A stretch of 64,000 bases of DNA from Octopus sinensis (GCF_006345805.1 NC_043003.1:60450001-60514000), one strand, 5' to 3'; positions 12,409-26,180 are shown, counted from the stretch's first letter. Numbers and translations are program-made. The notes: generated from the sequence alone by a model not told the origin.

Positions 12409-12485
12409 CAGGGATGGCCATAAGTCGCTTCACTCATTTCTAATAATAATTAAGAAATGGGTAAAGCGACTTATGGCCATCCCTG
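12409..12485. mobile_element. 77-bp TIR-only Tc1/mariner-like mini-MITE
   Basis: 33-bp arms cagggatggccataagtcgctt(c/t)ac(t/c)catttct with 2 mismatches, short AT-rich loop, TA flanks. Confidence 0.8.
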
Positions 12486-12778
12486 TATGAGTAGCTCATT
12501 TGCAATTGTTCATATTAAATTATTATATAGAGATATATGAAAATTTTTTAATGCTTTGTTAAACATTAAACTGAAAGATTACTCACCGTTTTTTTTTTTT
12601 TTTTTGGTAGTAGAGAAGAACATGATTATTGCCTTTTGCAAATATAAGATCGACAGTAGTATCGAAGTTTCCGCTTGCTCTTCTTCCTCTGACTGTTCGA
12701 AGAAGGCGAGCAAACCGAAAATACAAAGTTACAGATAACATTTTCTCTGTAAAAGTTTATAAATACGTGCGAGCGCGC

Positions 12779-12820
<42 letters not shown>

Positions 12821-14103
12821 GGGCAGTATGTTCAAATAGTTAGGAACTTCGACTCGCATCTATGGAGTCATGGATTCGATCTTGCAGCCTGACAGTTTGG
12901 GCAAATATTGTTTTCGCTTGGCTTGGAACACATCATATTAATTAAATGAAATTGGATTGCCAGAGACATGTTCCGAAACCCATCGGGTCGTTTGTGTTTG
13001 TAATTTAAATGGTGAAGTCACATCGTATACTGTGCCATGCAGATTCTGCTCGAGAATTTCGTCGGGGGTTCACTGTGGAATGCTTATCCCTTACACTTAT
13101 CTGAGGTGCATGCAACTCAGATAAACGAACCAATGAATCCTCACTTTGCACGACGGAGATCCAGATACGCATACACACACATCACATACAAACACACATG
13201 CACACAAATATATGTATATGTGTATTTTTAACCTTTTGAAGGGTCTCCTTTTTTTTCTGTAATATGGCAAATTCAATAATAATATTGTTATAGTATCTCC
13301 TACAACCTGACTCAATTTACTTGTTTCTGACGTCATTCGTATTTCAGTGGAGAGCGACCGATACTGTGATTTGTTTCGGAAGGAAAAAAAAAATGTCTTT
13401 CATGGCATAGAAAAGCTTTAGTTTTAACAGTGCACTAGAGACATCCAGTGACTTGCTGGCAACATTTAATAACGCCGCAGGTAGATCTGTAGCAAACAAA
13501 ACCCCCATTGTTAAACGCTGAAAAGGGAGGGTTTTCAGATTTCCAGTGGGTGTGTGTAGCTCAGCAGCTACTTTTGAAATACTCCATATCAACTTGGCTG
13601 ATTGATTATTTAATGAATAACCATTTTCAATAGAGAATTCTTTTTATTTTTATTTCAGATCTTTTCTCAGATTAATCTTATTTGACATGAAAGAAGTAAT
13701 GTAAGGCATTTCAAATGTTTAAATTTTGTAAATTGCCGACTTTAACGAGAGGCATTCTGGCCTTATATTTAAACTTTAACAATATTTAAACTTAAATTTC
13801 ACCTTGGGAACTATCAATAAAGTAGGGAAATGGCTATAAATTTGTTTTGTGTACATTGATGTATATAATAAATCAGAGAACATAAACTACGCTGAGTTCG
13901 TAATATTTAAAATATTACACGATTCACAAAACTATATTTTTAAGATAACTAAAAGAATTTCTTTTAATTATGACTTACAGAAATAACATTTCGAAAAATT
14001 TATTATGGTTTTCTTTAAAAAATGATATATTTTACAGTTTGAAAGATTTATAAAATAAGTGCTATCAAATAATGAGAACTATCTCAAATGATATCGCTAA
14101 TTA

Positions 14104-15350
14104 TTGTTTTCAAATTTTGGCAAAAACCAGCAATTACATCAATCCCAGGACTTAACTGGTAATTATTTTATCGTTTCCGAAAGTATGAATAGCAAAGTCG
14201 ACCTCGGCAGGATTTGAACTGCGACCGTAAAGACGGACGAAATATTGCTAAGCACTTTGCCCGGCGTGCTAACAATTCCGCCAGCTTGCTGCCTTATCAT
14301 GTCGCTAAATATTCTTTTCTACTCTAGGCACAAGGCCCGAAATTTTGCGGGGAGGAGTCCAGTCGATTAGATCGACTCCAGTACGCAACTGGTACTTAAT
14401 TTATCGACCCCGAAAGGATGGAAGGCAAAATCAACCTCAGCGGATTTTGAACTCAGAACATAAAGACAGATGAAATATCTATTTCTTTACTACCCACAAG
14501 GGGCTAAACACAGAGAGGACAAACAAGGACAGACGAACGGATTAAGTCGATTATATCGACCCAGCGCGTAACTGGTACTTAATTTATCGACCCCGAAAGA
14601 ATGAAAAGCAAAGTCGACCTCGGCGGAATTTGAACTCAGAACGTAACGGCAGATGAAATACCACTAAATTTCGTCCGGCGTGCTATCGTTTCTGCCAGCT
14701 CGGTGCCTCATAATCTCGCTAAATATTACAAAGTATTAGTTTTAAATTTTGGCACAAAGTCAGCAAATTTGGTGGAGGGTTTAAATCGATTACATCAATC
14801 CCATTTTTTATTTGGTACTTATTTTATCGTCCTCGAAAGGATGAAAGGCAGAATAAAACTGAGAGTAAAGCGTTACGAAATGCCGCTAAGCATTTTACCC
14901 CGAGTGCTAACGATTCCGCCAACTCATCGCCTTTATAATGTCGCTAAATATTGGCTTCAAATTTTGCCGCAAGGGCAGCCATTTTGAGGGAGGAATGAGT
15001 CGATTATATCGACCCCCGTATATCACTGGTACTTAATTAATCGACCTTGAAAGGATGAAAGGCAAAGTCGACCTCGGCGGAGTTTGAACTCAGAACGTAG
15101 CGACGGGCGAAATACCTATTTCTTTACTACCCACAAGGGGCTAAACACAGAGGGGACAAACAAGGACAGACAAACGGATTAAGTCGATGTAATCGACCCC
15201 GGTGCGTAACTGGTACTTATTTAATCGACCCCGAAAGAATGAATGGCAAAGTCGACCTCGGCGGAATTTGAACTCAGAACGTAGCGGCAGACGAAATACT
15301 GCTAAGCATTTCGCCCGGCGTGCTAACGATTCTGCCAGCTCACCGCCTTA
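14104..15350 (-). mobile_element. Array of four SINE insertion units (two dimeric) separated by a repeated 15-bp motif
   Basis: Units at about 14104-14298, 14314-14711, 14728-14937 and 14953-15350; atgtcgctaaatatt-like motif at each boundary. Confidence 0.9.
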
Positions 15351-16261
15351 ATGTCGCTAAATATTACAAAATATTAGCAATAGGAAAAAGACAAGTGTTT
15401 CTTCCGGGATAATGAGAGGTAATGAGAGAAACAAGAGTAGTAATTAAACAGAAAATATAGGACTACCCACTGAGAGAGCTGTGGATACCTAATAATTGAA
15501 AAAAATAATTGTTATACTGTAAATGATAGTAGTATCCTCTAAATAGTACAGTGGATTATTCTTCATTCAATACTCTGTTTAGATATTAAACCTCGAATAA
15601 TAAATATCCTTGAGAGAGGATTTACTGAAAGTGAAGGAGAAAAAGCGATAAAGATTGGAGTTGAATAAAGAAAAGATTCACTACACACACACACTTGTGT
15701 TTAGATCTGTGTGGGTGTGTTTTATATCTGTGTGTCAGTGTGTGTGTGTTGGCGTGAGAGTGTGTGTAATATACTGATACGATTGTTTTAGGATAAGAAA
15801 GAGTTGCTACTAAAAGATAATGATGAGGTTTGCTTGATAAAGGAGAAATTTGGCTCAGAGATGACATTCTTATAATTGTCGCGAGCTGTCACATAGGCCT
15901 TACGGCTATCTTTAGTGTTTAAGCTGGGATTTTTTTTTTTTTAAAGATTTGAAGTGTCGGCTATTGAAGAAGACAAAGACATGAGAATTAATTAGGGAAA
16001 CGTGGTTTCTCAGGGCTTGAGTTGACGACGAATGAAGAAGGACAACCACAAAGTGTGTGGTAGAAAGATTTTCCACTGAAGCAGGACAGAGAACAATAGA
16101 CTCCTACCAGAAATCCATGTCTGCCCAGATATCGCTGTTTCTAGAGCTAAATGAAAGTTTTAAAAATGCCAGCTCCTATTATCGTTATTTCTTAGTCATT
16201 TTACTCCCTACCCACCCTTGCTTTTCAATTTGGATGAATCTTTAATATTCCTTACTGGTTT

Positions 16262-16850
16262 AAACAATATCAACGTCGCCATCACCTTACCATTTCCATC
16301 ATCATCGACACCATCACCATTATCATCTTCATCGTCATCGTCATCATGATCATTATCTTCATCATCATTACCATCATCGTAATCATTAGCATCACCGTCA
16401 TCATTAGCATCACCATCATCGTGAACTTTATCATTAGCGCTATTAAAAACTTTCTTACCTTCATCAATATCAACGTTAACATATCCTCCATTATTATCAC
16501 CCTCATCTTGATCCCCCTCATCATCAGCGTGATCATCATCATAGTCATCATCGTCAGCAGAAGCATCACAACATCAACATCATACCACCACCACTACTCC
16601 TACCACCACCACCGTCACCTCCACCTCTATCACATCACTTCCATCGCCACCACCTCCATCACCATCATCATCGTTCGTCCTCGTCGACGTCGCTATCATC
16701 ATCGTCGTCATCCTTATCGCTAACACCGTTATAAACATCCTTATCATTTTCATTATTACCATCGTCAGAATATCCACATCATCACCATCATCATCACTAT
16801 CATCATCACTATCATCACCATCATCATCCTCATCATCATCATCAACATCC
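16262..16850. repeat. Degenerate (CAT/CAC)n low-complexity tract
   Basis: Direct inspection; yields Asp/Met/Ile-rich pseudo-ORFs on both strands. Confidence 0.9.
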
Positions 16851-19800
16851 ACAGAGCATAATATATGAGGCGTTTAGTAACAGACCGCCGTAAGGTCCAC
16901 AAAGTTCCGCGACTTTCAGAATGCGATACTTCGGTAAGGAATGAAGTTAGGAAGCTAGGTTTGGTCTTAAAATGGCCGTGAAGATCTCTTCTAATCAGTC
17001 CACCTATGTAAAATTATTCATTCATGTAAGCATCTTTCTCATTTTGTAGAATATACCAGTACTATGAAACGATGTATTGTATTGCATATTTTAGCCACAA
17101 TAGCTAGAAAAAAACACACAGTGCCCTAAAGGTATTATTTATGTTTTAATATCCCAAGATAAGTATCTTTAAGAGGTAAGCAAGACAAGATAATAAGATA
17201 ATAGTCCATTATCGTTACGATGGTAACCTGGAATATTAGAAAATGAGCCAAAACATCTCGAAAAACGATACAGGGACCATACCAATATTATTGTTTGAGC
17301 GTGTGTGCTTACGATGGTGTGTTACTAAACTCTCTGGTCCGAGTTTGGGTGAGCGAGCGTCGTTACAATAGCGTCGAGGTACAATTTTTTCAGCCGGATT
17401 TTCGACCTTATTGCAAGCTTCCACGTTACTTCCTGCCAACTTTTTCGGATTCTAGACGTCGAGACAAAGAAAATGATATACTAACCTAAAAAGTGGCCTG
17501 GCAGACGCTTACGACAGTCTGTTACTAAACGCCTCATATGTAGTAGTACATAATTTGATACGTCCATTTGTTTTCTAGGACGACAAGATAAGATAAGAAG
17601 GAGATATGGTTACAATTTCTTGCCAGTCAGAGCTCCAAATTTTTAACAGAGCGTCGAGTTCTGGCGCGCACTCGAGATACATGCTGAAAAGTGGTGTACA
17701 GCATTTTACGTCAGCATTAATTGGGCTCTGTCAGTAATTGAGGGATGATTCAAGCATATCCAACATACTAAAACAGAATGTATTACGACGGCGAATTCGC
17801 AGCGAAGTAATAGTAAAATGTTTTGGCAGAATTCCGAAATAATTACATAACAGTCGGAGAAACATGCATCTGGCAACTCACCTCATCATGCATAATTGTG
17901 TAATGTTTCTTCTACTATTGTCATGTAATTAAGCATTTTGTTGAAACGCGGAATCTAGGAGAGCATTTCATATTTTACTTATATCGCCAAAGCTTTTTGG
18001 GGAAAAAAGCTTTGTGCTTAAATGAGACTTGAAATAATAGCAGAATTTTATAAGTAAAGAGAACTTTGCTTCTAAGCATATGAAATTCATGCTTTTTCCC
18101 AAAACAATGGCGATGTAAGTGAAATATAAAATGTTTTCCTTGTCATGCAAGGACATTTTTCTCATTGGAATGTGTATGGTCGACTGAATCGTTCTCTGTA
18201 AACTAGTTGTGTTCATTTCCTTCCACAGCACTTCTCTTTCTTTGGCCATGCACACAGACATATACAGGACAATTTCATCCGAGATGTAGTCGCACCAGAG
18301 CCCACTTGGAGCTATAGACAGTGAGTTGGTCGTCTTAAAACATGGATTTGTACGATCACGATGACAATGCACGGCAATAACAGAATTCAAATCCGAAACT
18401 AAAAGTGTGTGAAGTCGTTTGTTTAGCACGCTGATGTAGCGGTTGTCCTTTAGATCTTCATATAAAGATACTTAATTGTTTTGATTAGGCAGAAAACTAG
18501 CTTCTGTAGCCGGTGCAATTGATAAGCATTACTGTAATTCTGTTGTACATGGGTTGACATTCACTCGAGGTGGGATGAATCGAATTTAATGGGTTGAAAC
18601 GGCACCATCACGAACAGAATCCGACAATGCCCAGTGGTTATATATTTGGAGAGCTGTCCGTCGCGAATCCAGCAGTAGACACCACGTGTGCGAGGTCTAA
18701 ATATTGGTTCAAGGTTCTACATGACTGTGCTAATCCTAGTTTTCAGCTGATCATTGCACTGTTTACATCATTCTGGGAAGTGATTCGACGCAACTGCATC
18801 TCGGATGAATTCATATCGTGGATGACGAGGTGTGTTACTAAACCAACAGAAGTGCTTTTTGAGCAAGAACTGTTGAATGGAATCAGTTCGACAACGGTGT
18901 ACTTGGAAATTTGACACAAAATCTAAAGCACGAATAAGGAGATTGGACGAAATTCTCAAATACATTTTAGTTTACCTACGTCTGTGGGTCGCTTGTACCA
19001 CTTCTAGTAACCATATTGAAGTATATAATTCAATCTAACGAGAGTTTCTCTGTATGGCTGTTTTATGTGTCAGACACTGTTGAAACAACACACACTATAT
19101 CTATATTAAAATTTGTGATAATGCGGTTATTCGACATGCTACATATAGCAACGGAATCCCCATTAAATCAGACCCTATAGTTTGTGAATGAAAAGAATGT
19201 CTATGATAACGCATTCCAGAATTATGAAAGAACACCCTTGATAATATGATAGACGATAAACATCTAAAAAGATCAGGGTGGTCAGGGCTGGAATGTCTTT
19301 AGGTCTGTTCGATTCATGGTTTGCCAGGAGGTAAACAGCAACCACAACGAAGACATCATTACCATCTTCTTCAACAACATTAACAACTACAACATAAAAA
19401 ACCAAAGCTACAAAACTGTGTGGTGAATGTTGCTGTAAAGAGGTGCGGATTTAGCCACCTGATTCTGCAAACCCAGTTACTTTAATTCTTTTTTCTATTC
19501 TTTTACTTTTACTTCAGTTCTCACAACTTCACTTCACTTCACATTCTTACGGTAACACAACTAGTAAAGGCTTGTTTCATTTTCCCTACATACTTGAAGC
19601 CTTGGGCCTAGTTAAGAGAAATCGATATTACAGACCTGGTGGAGATCTTCGCATTTAAGAAATTTTATTAATGCGCTGTTTTTCGTGTATAAATATCTTT
19701 AATTGGTCTACGCCCTTTTTGATTAAACAAGCCTGCTTCCAGCTATTCGCTTCAATTACTAACTCTTGCCTTCCAACTTTATCAATCAGTTGCAGGGTGT

Positions 19801-20199
19801 TTGTTATGTTTGTATGCATTTTTCTTGAATTATAGAATTAAACGTATGCCCGTCTAATATAATATTATTTGTCGTTATTGCTGCTGTTCTTGTTACTTTC
19901 ATTGATGTTGTTATTGTTGATAAATTATTATTATTATCATTATTAATATTATTATTATTATTATCATCATCATCATCATCATCATTATTATTATTATTAT
20001 TACAATTGTTGTTTTTGGGAATTACTATTTTATTTTCATTGTTGTTGTTCTTGTTGTAACTTCAGATTTCGTGTTCAGTATCGCTGTGTATTTTATTAGG
20101 ACGTGTTTTTCTTTTATTATTTTTGTTCGTTTCTTTATTTTACTTTTTATTATCCTATTTTTAAAAACATCAGAATTCACACATCGTAATTTTCTTCGC

Positions 20200-20383
20200 T
20201 CACACACACACACATATACACAAACACACACATCATACACACCACGTATCTCATATATATATATACATCTGTATATATATGTGTGTGTGTGTATAAATAT
20301 GTATACACATGCATACATTCATATTCACATACATATACAAATATGCATGCATTCATACATACATACATACATACATACATACA

Positions 20384-20414
<31 letters not shown>

Positions 20415-20694
20415 GCATACAAACGTATATGGAAACAATTCGTATAATGATGGAATCCGCAAAAACATATTTTCTTTCCGATACCAAATTAGAAAAATGA
20501 ATTAAGCAAGCTATGCAGGCTTATTGAGTTATCTAATCAGTTTATAGAGAGACATGGCATCTATATTAGATTAACAATCATATGTGTTTAGATAAAAATA
20601 TGATTTTACTTTGCTTCAATTTTACACTTCCGGAAAAAAAATCTATATAAATATGTCCATACACAGCACAAACAAGTATATATGTGTATATTGT

Positions 20695-20741
<47 letters not shown>

Positions 20742-20857
20742 TGTTTGCACACATATATATTGCGTGCATCTGTGTGTAAGTGTCTATGTGTGTATGTGCG
20801 CGTGTATTTCTGAACAAATGTGTCATTCAATATAGAACTGAATACTTATACATTCAC

Positions 20858-20942
<85 letters not shown>

Positions 20943-21049
20943 ATATATACGTACGTACATTCATATCTCTGTATACATATTCTTATGTGTGTGTATCTAT
21001 GTGAGTGTGTGTGTGTGTGTCTGTTCAAGTACACTCATTCATATCTACA

Positions 21050-21087
<38 letters not shown>

Positions 21088-21486
21088 TTTATGTTTTGAA
21101 GCAATATATAATGGTGTACATGTAAATATAGGTATGAATATATGAATATTAACGTTTTGAAAGGGTATATCATTATCGATGTCTATATTGATATATTTGT
21201 CTCTAGATGTATATGTCCATCAGTCTGCGCGTATGTATACATGTGTATGTGCATGTACGTAAATTGTATGCACATACATACATACATACATACATACATG
21301 TACTTATATAGATATATATTTATATATATGTATATATGTCTATGTTATACATATATAATATATATGTATGTATATATATATATATATATATATATTTACA
21401 TATATATATTTATAAATATAGAAAGAAACATTAGTTTAGACATATATGTAGATATCACCCTTCGTGTTAACAATACATATATACCC

Positions 21487-21519
<33 letters not shown>

Positions 21520-21900
21520 GTGTGTGTGTGTGTGTGCGTGTGTGTGTGTGTAAATACATGTTTGTTATAGAAGGCTTTGAATAGTATGTCAGTATGGCTG
21601 TATAGCTGCCAGTATGTGTGTTTGCGCCTGTGCTTTACTATGCAGGCGTGTATGTGTGTTGTGTGTGCGTGGGGTGGAATAGAGATGTGTGTGGAAGCTT
21701 GTATATTTATTTCTGTGTTTACACATACTTCTGCTTTTACACATAAAAATTATCCTTTACAAGCACACATACTTACACACACACAAACAAAAGCGCACAC
21801 GCATACACACTCACACATGCATACACGCACACATATTCATACATTCACACTCACACTCATATACACACATATATATACAAACTGCCCATACAAGTCCATA
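20200..21900. repeat. Compound (TA)n/(TG)n/(ATAC)n microsatellite region
   Basis: Direct inspection. Confidence 0.9.
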
Positions 21901-22049
21901 GGCGATGTCATCGGGTGTTTTCATATATATTTACATTCTATGCAGTGTACCTGAATTGTCTGTGCCTCTACGTCTGTTTCTGCGTGTGTCTGGAAAAGTG
22001 TTTATTCTTATTAGAAGTATAACTGGTCATCTTAAATGTATTCGTTTAT

Positions 22050-22250
22050 TCCTTTATTTTTTTTCGTCATTTGACTATGGCCTATGCTGAAGCACCGCCT
22101 TTAGTCGAACAAATCGAGCCCAGGACTTATTCTTTGCAAGCCTAGTACTTATTGTATCGGGATTCTTTTGCCGAACCGCTAGGTTACGGGAACATAAACA
22201 CACCGACATCTGTTGTCAAGCGATGATGGGGTGTAACACAGACACAAAAA
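22050..22250 (-). mobile_element. 3' half of a CORE-type SINE
   Basis: ttcgtcatttgactatggcctatgctgaagcaccgcc...gccgaaccgctaggttacggg. Confidence 0.75.
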
Positions 22251-22339
22251 TGCATACACGCACACATACACATACACACACACATACATACATACATATA
22301 TACATACACACACACACATGCATATGAAAATGAGCGATA

Positions 22340-22416
<77 letters not shown>

Positions 22417-23089
22417 TAAGCAACAGCATATCCAGAGGTAATGCAGTACGATAGTTTCAAGCAACTCCATTTAATTGAACAATGCAACCATTATATCAAT
22501 TTAAATGCGGAGCAATCCTCAGCTGCATAAATACATAGAAATAAATTAAATTATAACCGATGGACACATTAGTATAATTTTACAAAAATCCTCCAAGAAG
22601 GTAAGGAAATAGGCAAATAACATGCTGTCTTCCCTTCAGCTTAGAAGCTACTAAGGTATCAGGAGCAAAGACTTATTAGAGCTCTAGCTGGTCACAGATT
22701 TTTTGGGTCGGATTTATTTGCAGTCTCGTTTATCAAATCTTTGTATATCAAAATCTAAGGTCAAGAAACAAGGAGCAGTGTCTGTTAAGAAAGGGGCTGA
22801 GGGAGTCGACAAAAATCATAGCGGGTGTAGTCATAAAACTATTAAGGTTAATTTGAAGCAATATAATGAGATTTAGTAAAGGAAATTTTAAATCAAGATT
22901 TTAGCTGACAAATAAAGAGGCAAGACTCTAGTAAACCAATGATAATAATACAGGGATAATTTTATCATGGAGTATTATAGTTGAATATTTTAAACAATAT
23001 TGCCATATTGTATAAACTTAAAATTTAGTGTTTTAATAACCCTAAATTTTAACTTTATAAGTAAGCATATATAAATATATACATACATA

Positions 23090-23495
23090 GGCGCAGGGGT
23101 GGCTGTGTGGTAAGTAGCTTGCCTACCAACCACATGGTTCCGGGTTCGCTCCCATTGCGTGGCATCTTGGGCAAGTGTTTTCTGCTATAGCCTCGGGCCG
23201 ACCAATGCCTTGTGAGTGGATTTGGTAGACGGAAACTGAAAGAAGCCTGTCGTATATACGTATATATATTATGTGTATATGTTTGTGTGTCTGTGTTTGT
23301 CCCTCTAGCATTGCTTGACAACCGATGCTGGTGTGTTTACGTCCCCGTCACTTAGCGGTTCGGTAAAAGAGACCGATAGAATAAGTACCAGGCTTACAAA
23401 GAATAAGTCCCGGGGTCGATTTGCTCGACTAAAGGCGGTGCTCCAGCATGGCCGCAGTCAAATGACTGAAGCAAGTAAAAGAGTAAAAGAGTATA
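23090..23495 (+). mobile_element. Full-length CORE-type (OR-like) SINE
   Basis: tRNA head ggcgcaggggtggctgtgtggtaag...ggttccgggttcg, CORE-like cttgggcaagtg, internal TA/TG repeat, (aaaagagt)n tail. Confidence 0.85.
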
Positions 23496-23504
23496 TATGT
23501 GGGG

Positions 23505-23680
23505 ATATTGAAAACTTCCTGACATTTTGTAAAAGAAAGTACAGAAGGATCAATTAATTATGATTTTATCCAACATATTCTCGTTTTAGATTCACACGCT
23601 TTATCCCAACGGTCCTTCAGGTTTTCTAAGCCCAGTAGAAGAACTCAGAATGTAGGATCTCCAACCAGGCTTTTCGCAAA
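23505..23680. mobile_element. Partial copy of the mariner-type MITE at 11984-12197
   Basis: Shared tgaaaacttcctg...ttatgattttat.ca.catatt...ttagattcacac...gtccttcag. Confidence 0.65.
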
Positions 23681-23984
23681 GCCTTTTGTGTATGTGAACG
23701 TTTGGGTATGTGAGTGTTTGTGTTTGTGAGTGTTTGTGTATGTAAGTGTCTGTGTATGTCTGCATGCTTACGTTATTTTTTTTTTCATTATTATCCAATT
23801 CTTAGCGACTGGTGTTGGTCTATTTGTGTACTGCCATCAAACGATTCAGCAAAAAAGGATTCCGTAGAAGTACCAAGCTTATAACAGTTACAGGTGATGT
23901 TTTACATGATTAAATTATTCAAACTGCCTCAACATAGCCAACGTGTCTATAAATGACACAGGAAAGAAGAAAGGATATGGATAT

Positions 23985-24035
<51 letters not shown>

Positions 24036-24061
24036 CATACATACATACATACATACATACA

Positions 24062-24093
<32 letters not shown>

Positions 24094-24109
24094 CATACAT
24101 ACATGCATG

Positions 24110-25345
24110 TGGTAAACTTCCCAACATGCTTAAAGAGTGTATAATGAGGGAGCAGAGCAGATGCTAAAAACTACAGACCCATCTCTCTGACCTCACATGT
24201 TAACAAGGCAATGGAACTCATTGTCAGAAAAAGGCTGATCACGTTCCCAGAAGAAAGCAACCTTCTCACAAATGTGCAACAGGGCTTCCGTCCAGGGAAG
24301 AGCTGCCTCATACAGATACTGCAGCACATTCACTGAGAACTGAAGCAACAGCTAAACCAGTCAGTTGTAAACGCGATATACCTTGACTTTGCCAAGGCCT
24401 TCGATAAGATTGATCATGGCATGATATGTCACAAGCCGTGAAACCTTGGTATTACTAGAAAACTGGGAGAGTGGGTGCGTGATTTTCTGAAGGGCAGGAG
24501 TCAGCTGTAGCCAATGGTGCTCACTCTGAAGAGACACAAATTCTCAGCAGAGTTCCACAGGGAAATGTACAGAGGCCACTACTATTTGTGGTGGCCCTTT
24601 CAGACATGCCCTCTGCGGTACAGTCAGCCAATCTGACCAGTTATGCTGATGACACAAAAGTATGTATCCAATGCAGTTAGGAACCCAGATAACTGCAAAA
24701 AGACCTGAATGAAATATACAAATTGGCTATGTATGTATGTATGTATGTTAGTGTCAGGTCACTTTCGAGTGCTACTGGTAACATGTAACCCAGTACAACC
24801 TGTTGCATGGTCTGGGCGTCGGCGACTAAACCGGCAACCCCAGCAAGCTCGCTTGGTGAGGAGGGTTCAACGCTAGAAAATTTAAGGCACTCCACTATCG
24901 GCTCAACACCTAGCTAAAATCGGAATACACTAGACCAGGAGGTAATACGAACTCAGAGTCAGAGGTGTTGCGTGACCTTGGAGTTCACATGAGCATGATG
25001 CAACATTCCCTGCGCATATTACCAAGATGGCAACACTGTGCAAGCGAGCGGCTAGCTGGATTCTGAGGACATTCAGAACCAGGAAAGGAACCATGGTACT
25101 CCTATGGATGACTTTCGTTCTCAGGCGCTTGGACTAATGCTCCCATCTATGGTCTCCAAAGTGTGAAACAAGCGGTGGAACTCGAAGTAATCCAGTGCCA
25201 ATACACAAAGAAGATTGAATCGATGCAAAAAAAATGGGCTACTGGGAGAGGCTAAAGGAGCTGAGTCTCTATTGCCTGGAGAGAAAACGAGAGAAATGTG
25301 CAGTGATATAAATTTGGAAGATTCTTGAGGATTTAGCTCCCACCT
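24110..25345 (+). pseudogene. Decayed CR1-clade LINE reverse transcriptase
   Basis: KNYRPISLTSHV...QGFRPGKSC...YLDFAKAFDKIDHG...VPQG...PLLF...SYADDTK, then DLGV...WILRTF...WSP...YWERLKELSLY; multiple stops and frameshifts. Confidence 0.9.
24729..24860 (-). mobile_element. Short insertion with (ATAC)n tail nested in the CR1 RT
   Basis: Interrupts the CR1 between ...aaattggct and gttcaacgct; minus strand ends ...gtgacctgacactaacatacatacat. Confidence 0.6.
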
Positions 25346-26180
25346 TTGCCGAACTTCTGAGCTGGAGCCGCCCCATCGGATGCAGTTTAATTCCCCACAT
25401 ACATACATACATACATACATACATACATACATACATACATACACGTACATACACGTACATACATACATGCATACATATATAAATACATGAAATACATACA
25501 CAGACATACATATATACATATATACATACATGCATACATACACACACATACATACATACATACATACATACATACATACATACATACATACATACATGCA
25601 TACATACATATATACATACATGCATACATACATATATACATACATGCATACATGCATAAATACACATACATACATACATACATATATACATACATACATA
25701 CATACATACATACATACATACATACATACATACATACATACGCCTATGCTTTTTCATCCTAAATCAGGTGTATCCAAGAGCAGAACAAGGTCAGAATGGT
25801 TAATGAAGAGATAGGATATTGGAATTGTCATGGATTGACTGGAGTTTGCTAGGAACTGTTTCTGGGATTACACTCTGCCATTTTTTTTTCATTGATATTC
25901 CCCTTAGCTTTCTCATCATTTCTTTCTCAATGGCTACTGAGTGCGCTTCGCATGTAACGAAAGAACTTGAATTTAAAGTTTTAAATCCTCTAAACAGACT
26001 TCCATATGATTAGTGGTCCATCACTCCCAGTGGTTTACTATATTTTGACCAGCAAAACAAGCATCTTTGTCTCCTCATGTTAACTTTGTATGTTCAGCAG
26101 TTAAGCCTATATTGTATTCATGCAGCTATTTATCAAATTGGCTGGTAGAAATGGTTTCCAATATTGTTCTCTCTCTCTCT

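Noticed and set aside
12588-12748. Minus-strand segment between an acceptor (cttttacag) and donor (ACG|GTGAGT)
   Set aside because: Includes a 17-A homopolymer, the peptide is unconvincing and no linkage is supportable; could be a UTR or lncRNA exon
14089-15365. Repeat-spacer pattern resembling a CRISPR array
   Set aside because: Spacers are 200-400-bp SINE copies, repeats behave as TSDs, context is eukaryotic, no cas genes
16282-16852. Asp-rich and His-rich ORFs resembling biomineral or acidic proteins
   Set aside because: Degenerate (CAT)n tract open in several frames on both strands, with no convincing splice or start context
17968-18914. 153-aa (-) and 106-aa (+) ORFs in unique sequence
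   Set aside because: No recognisable domain, non-ATG starts, no clear splice boundaries
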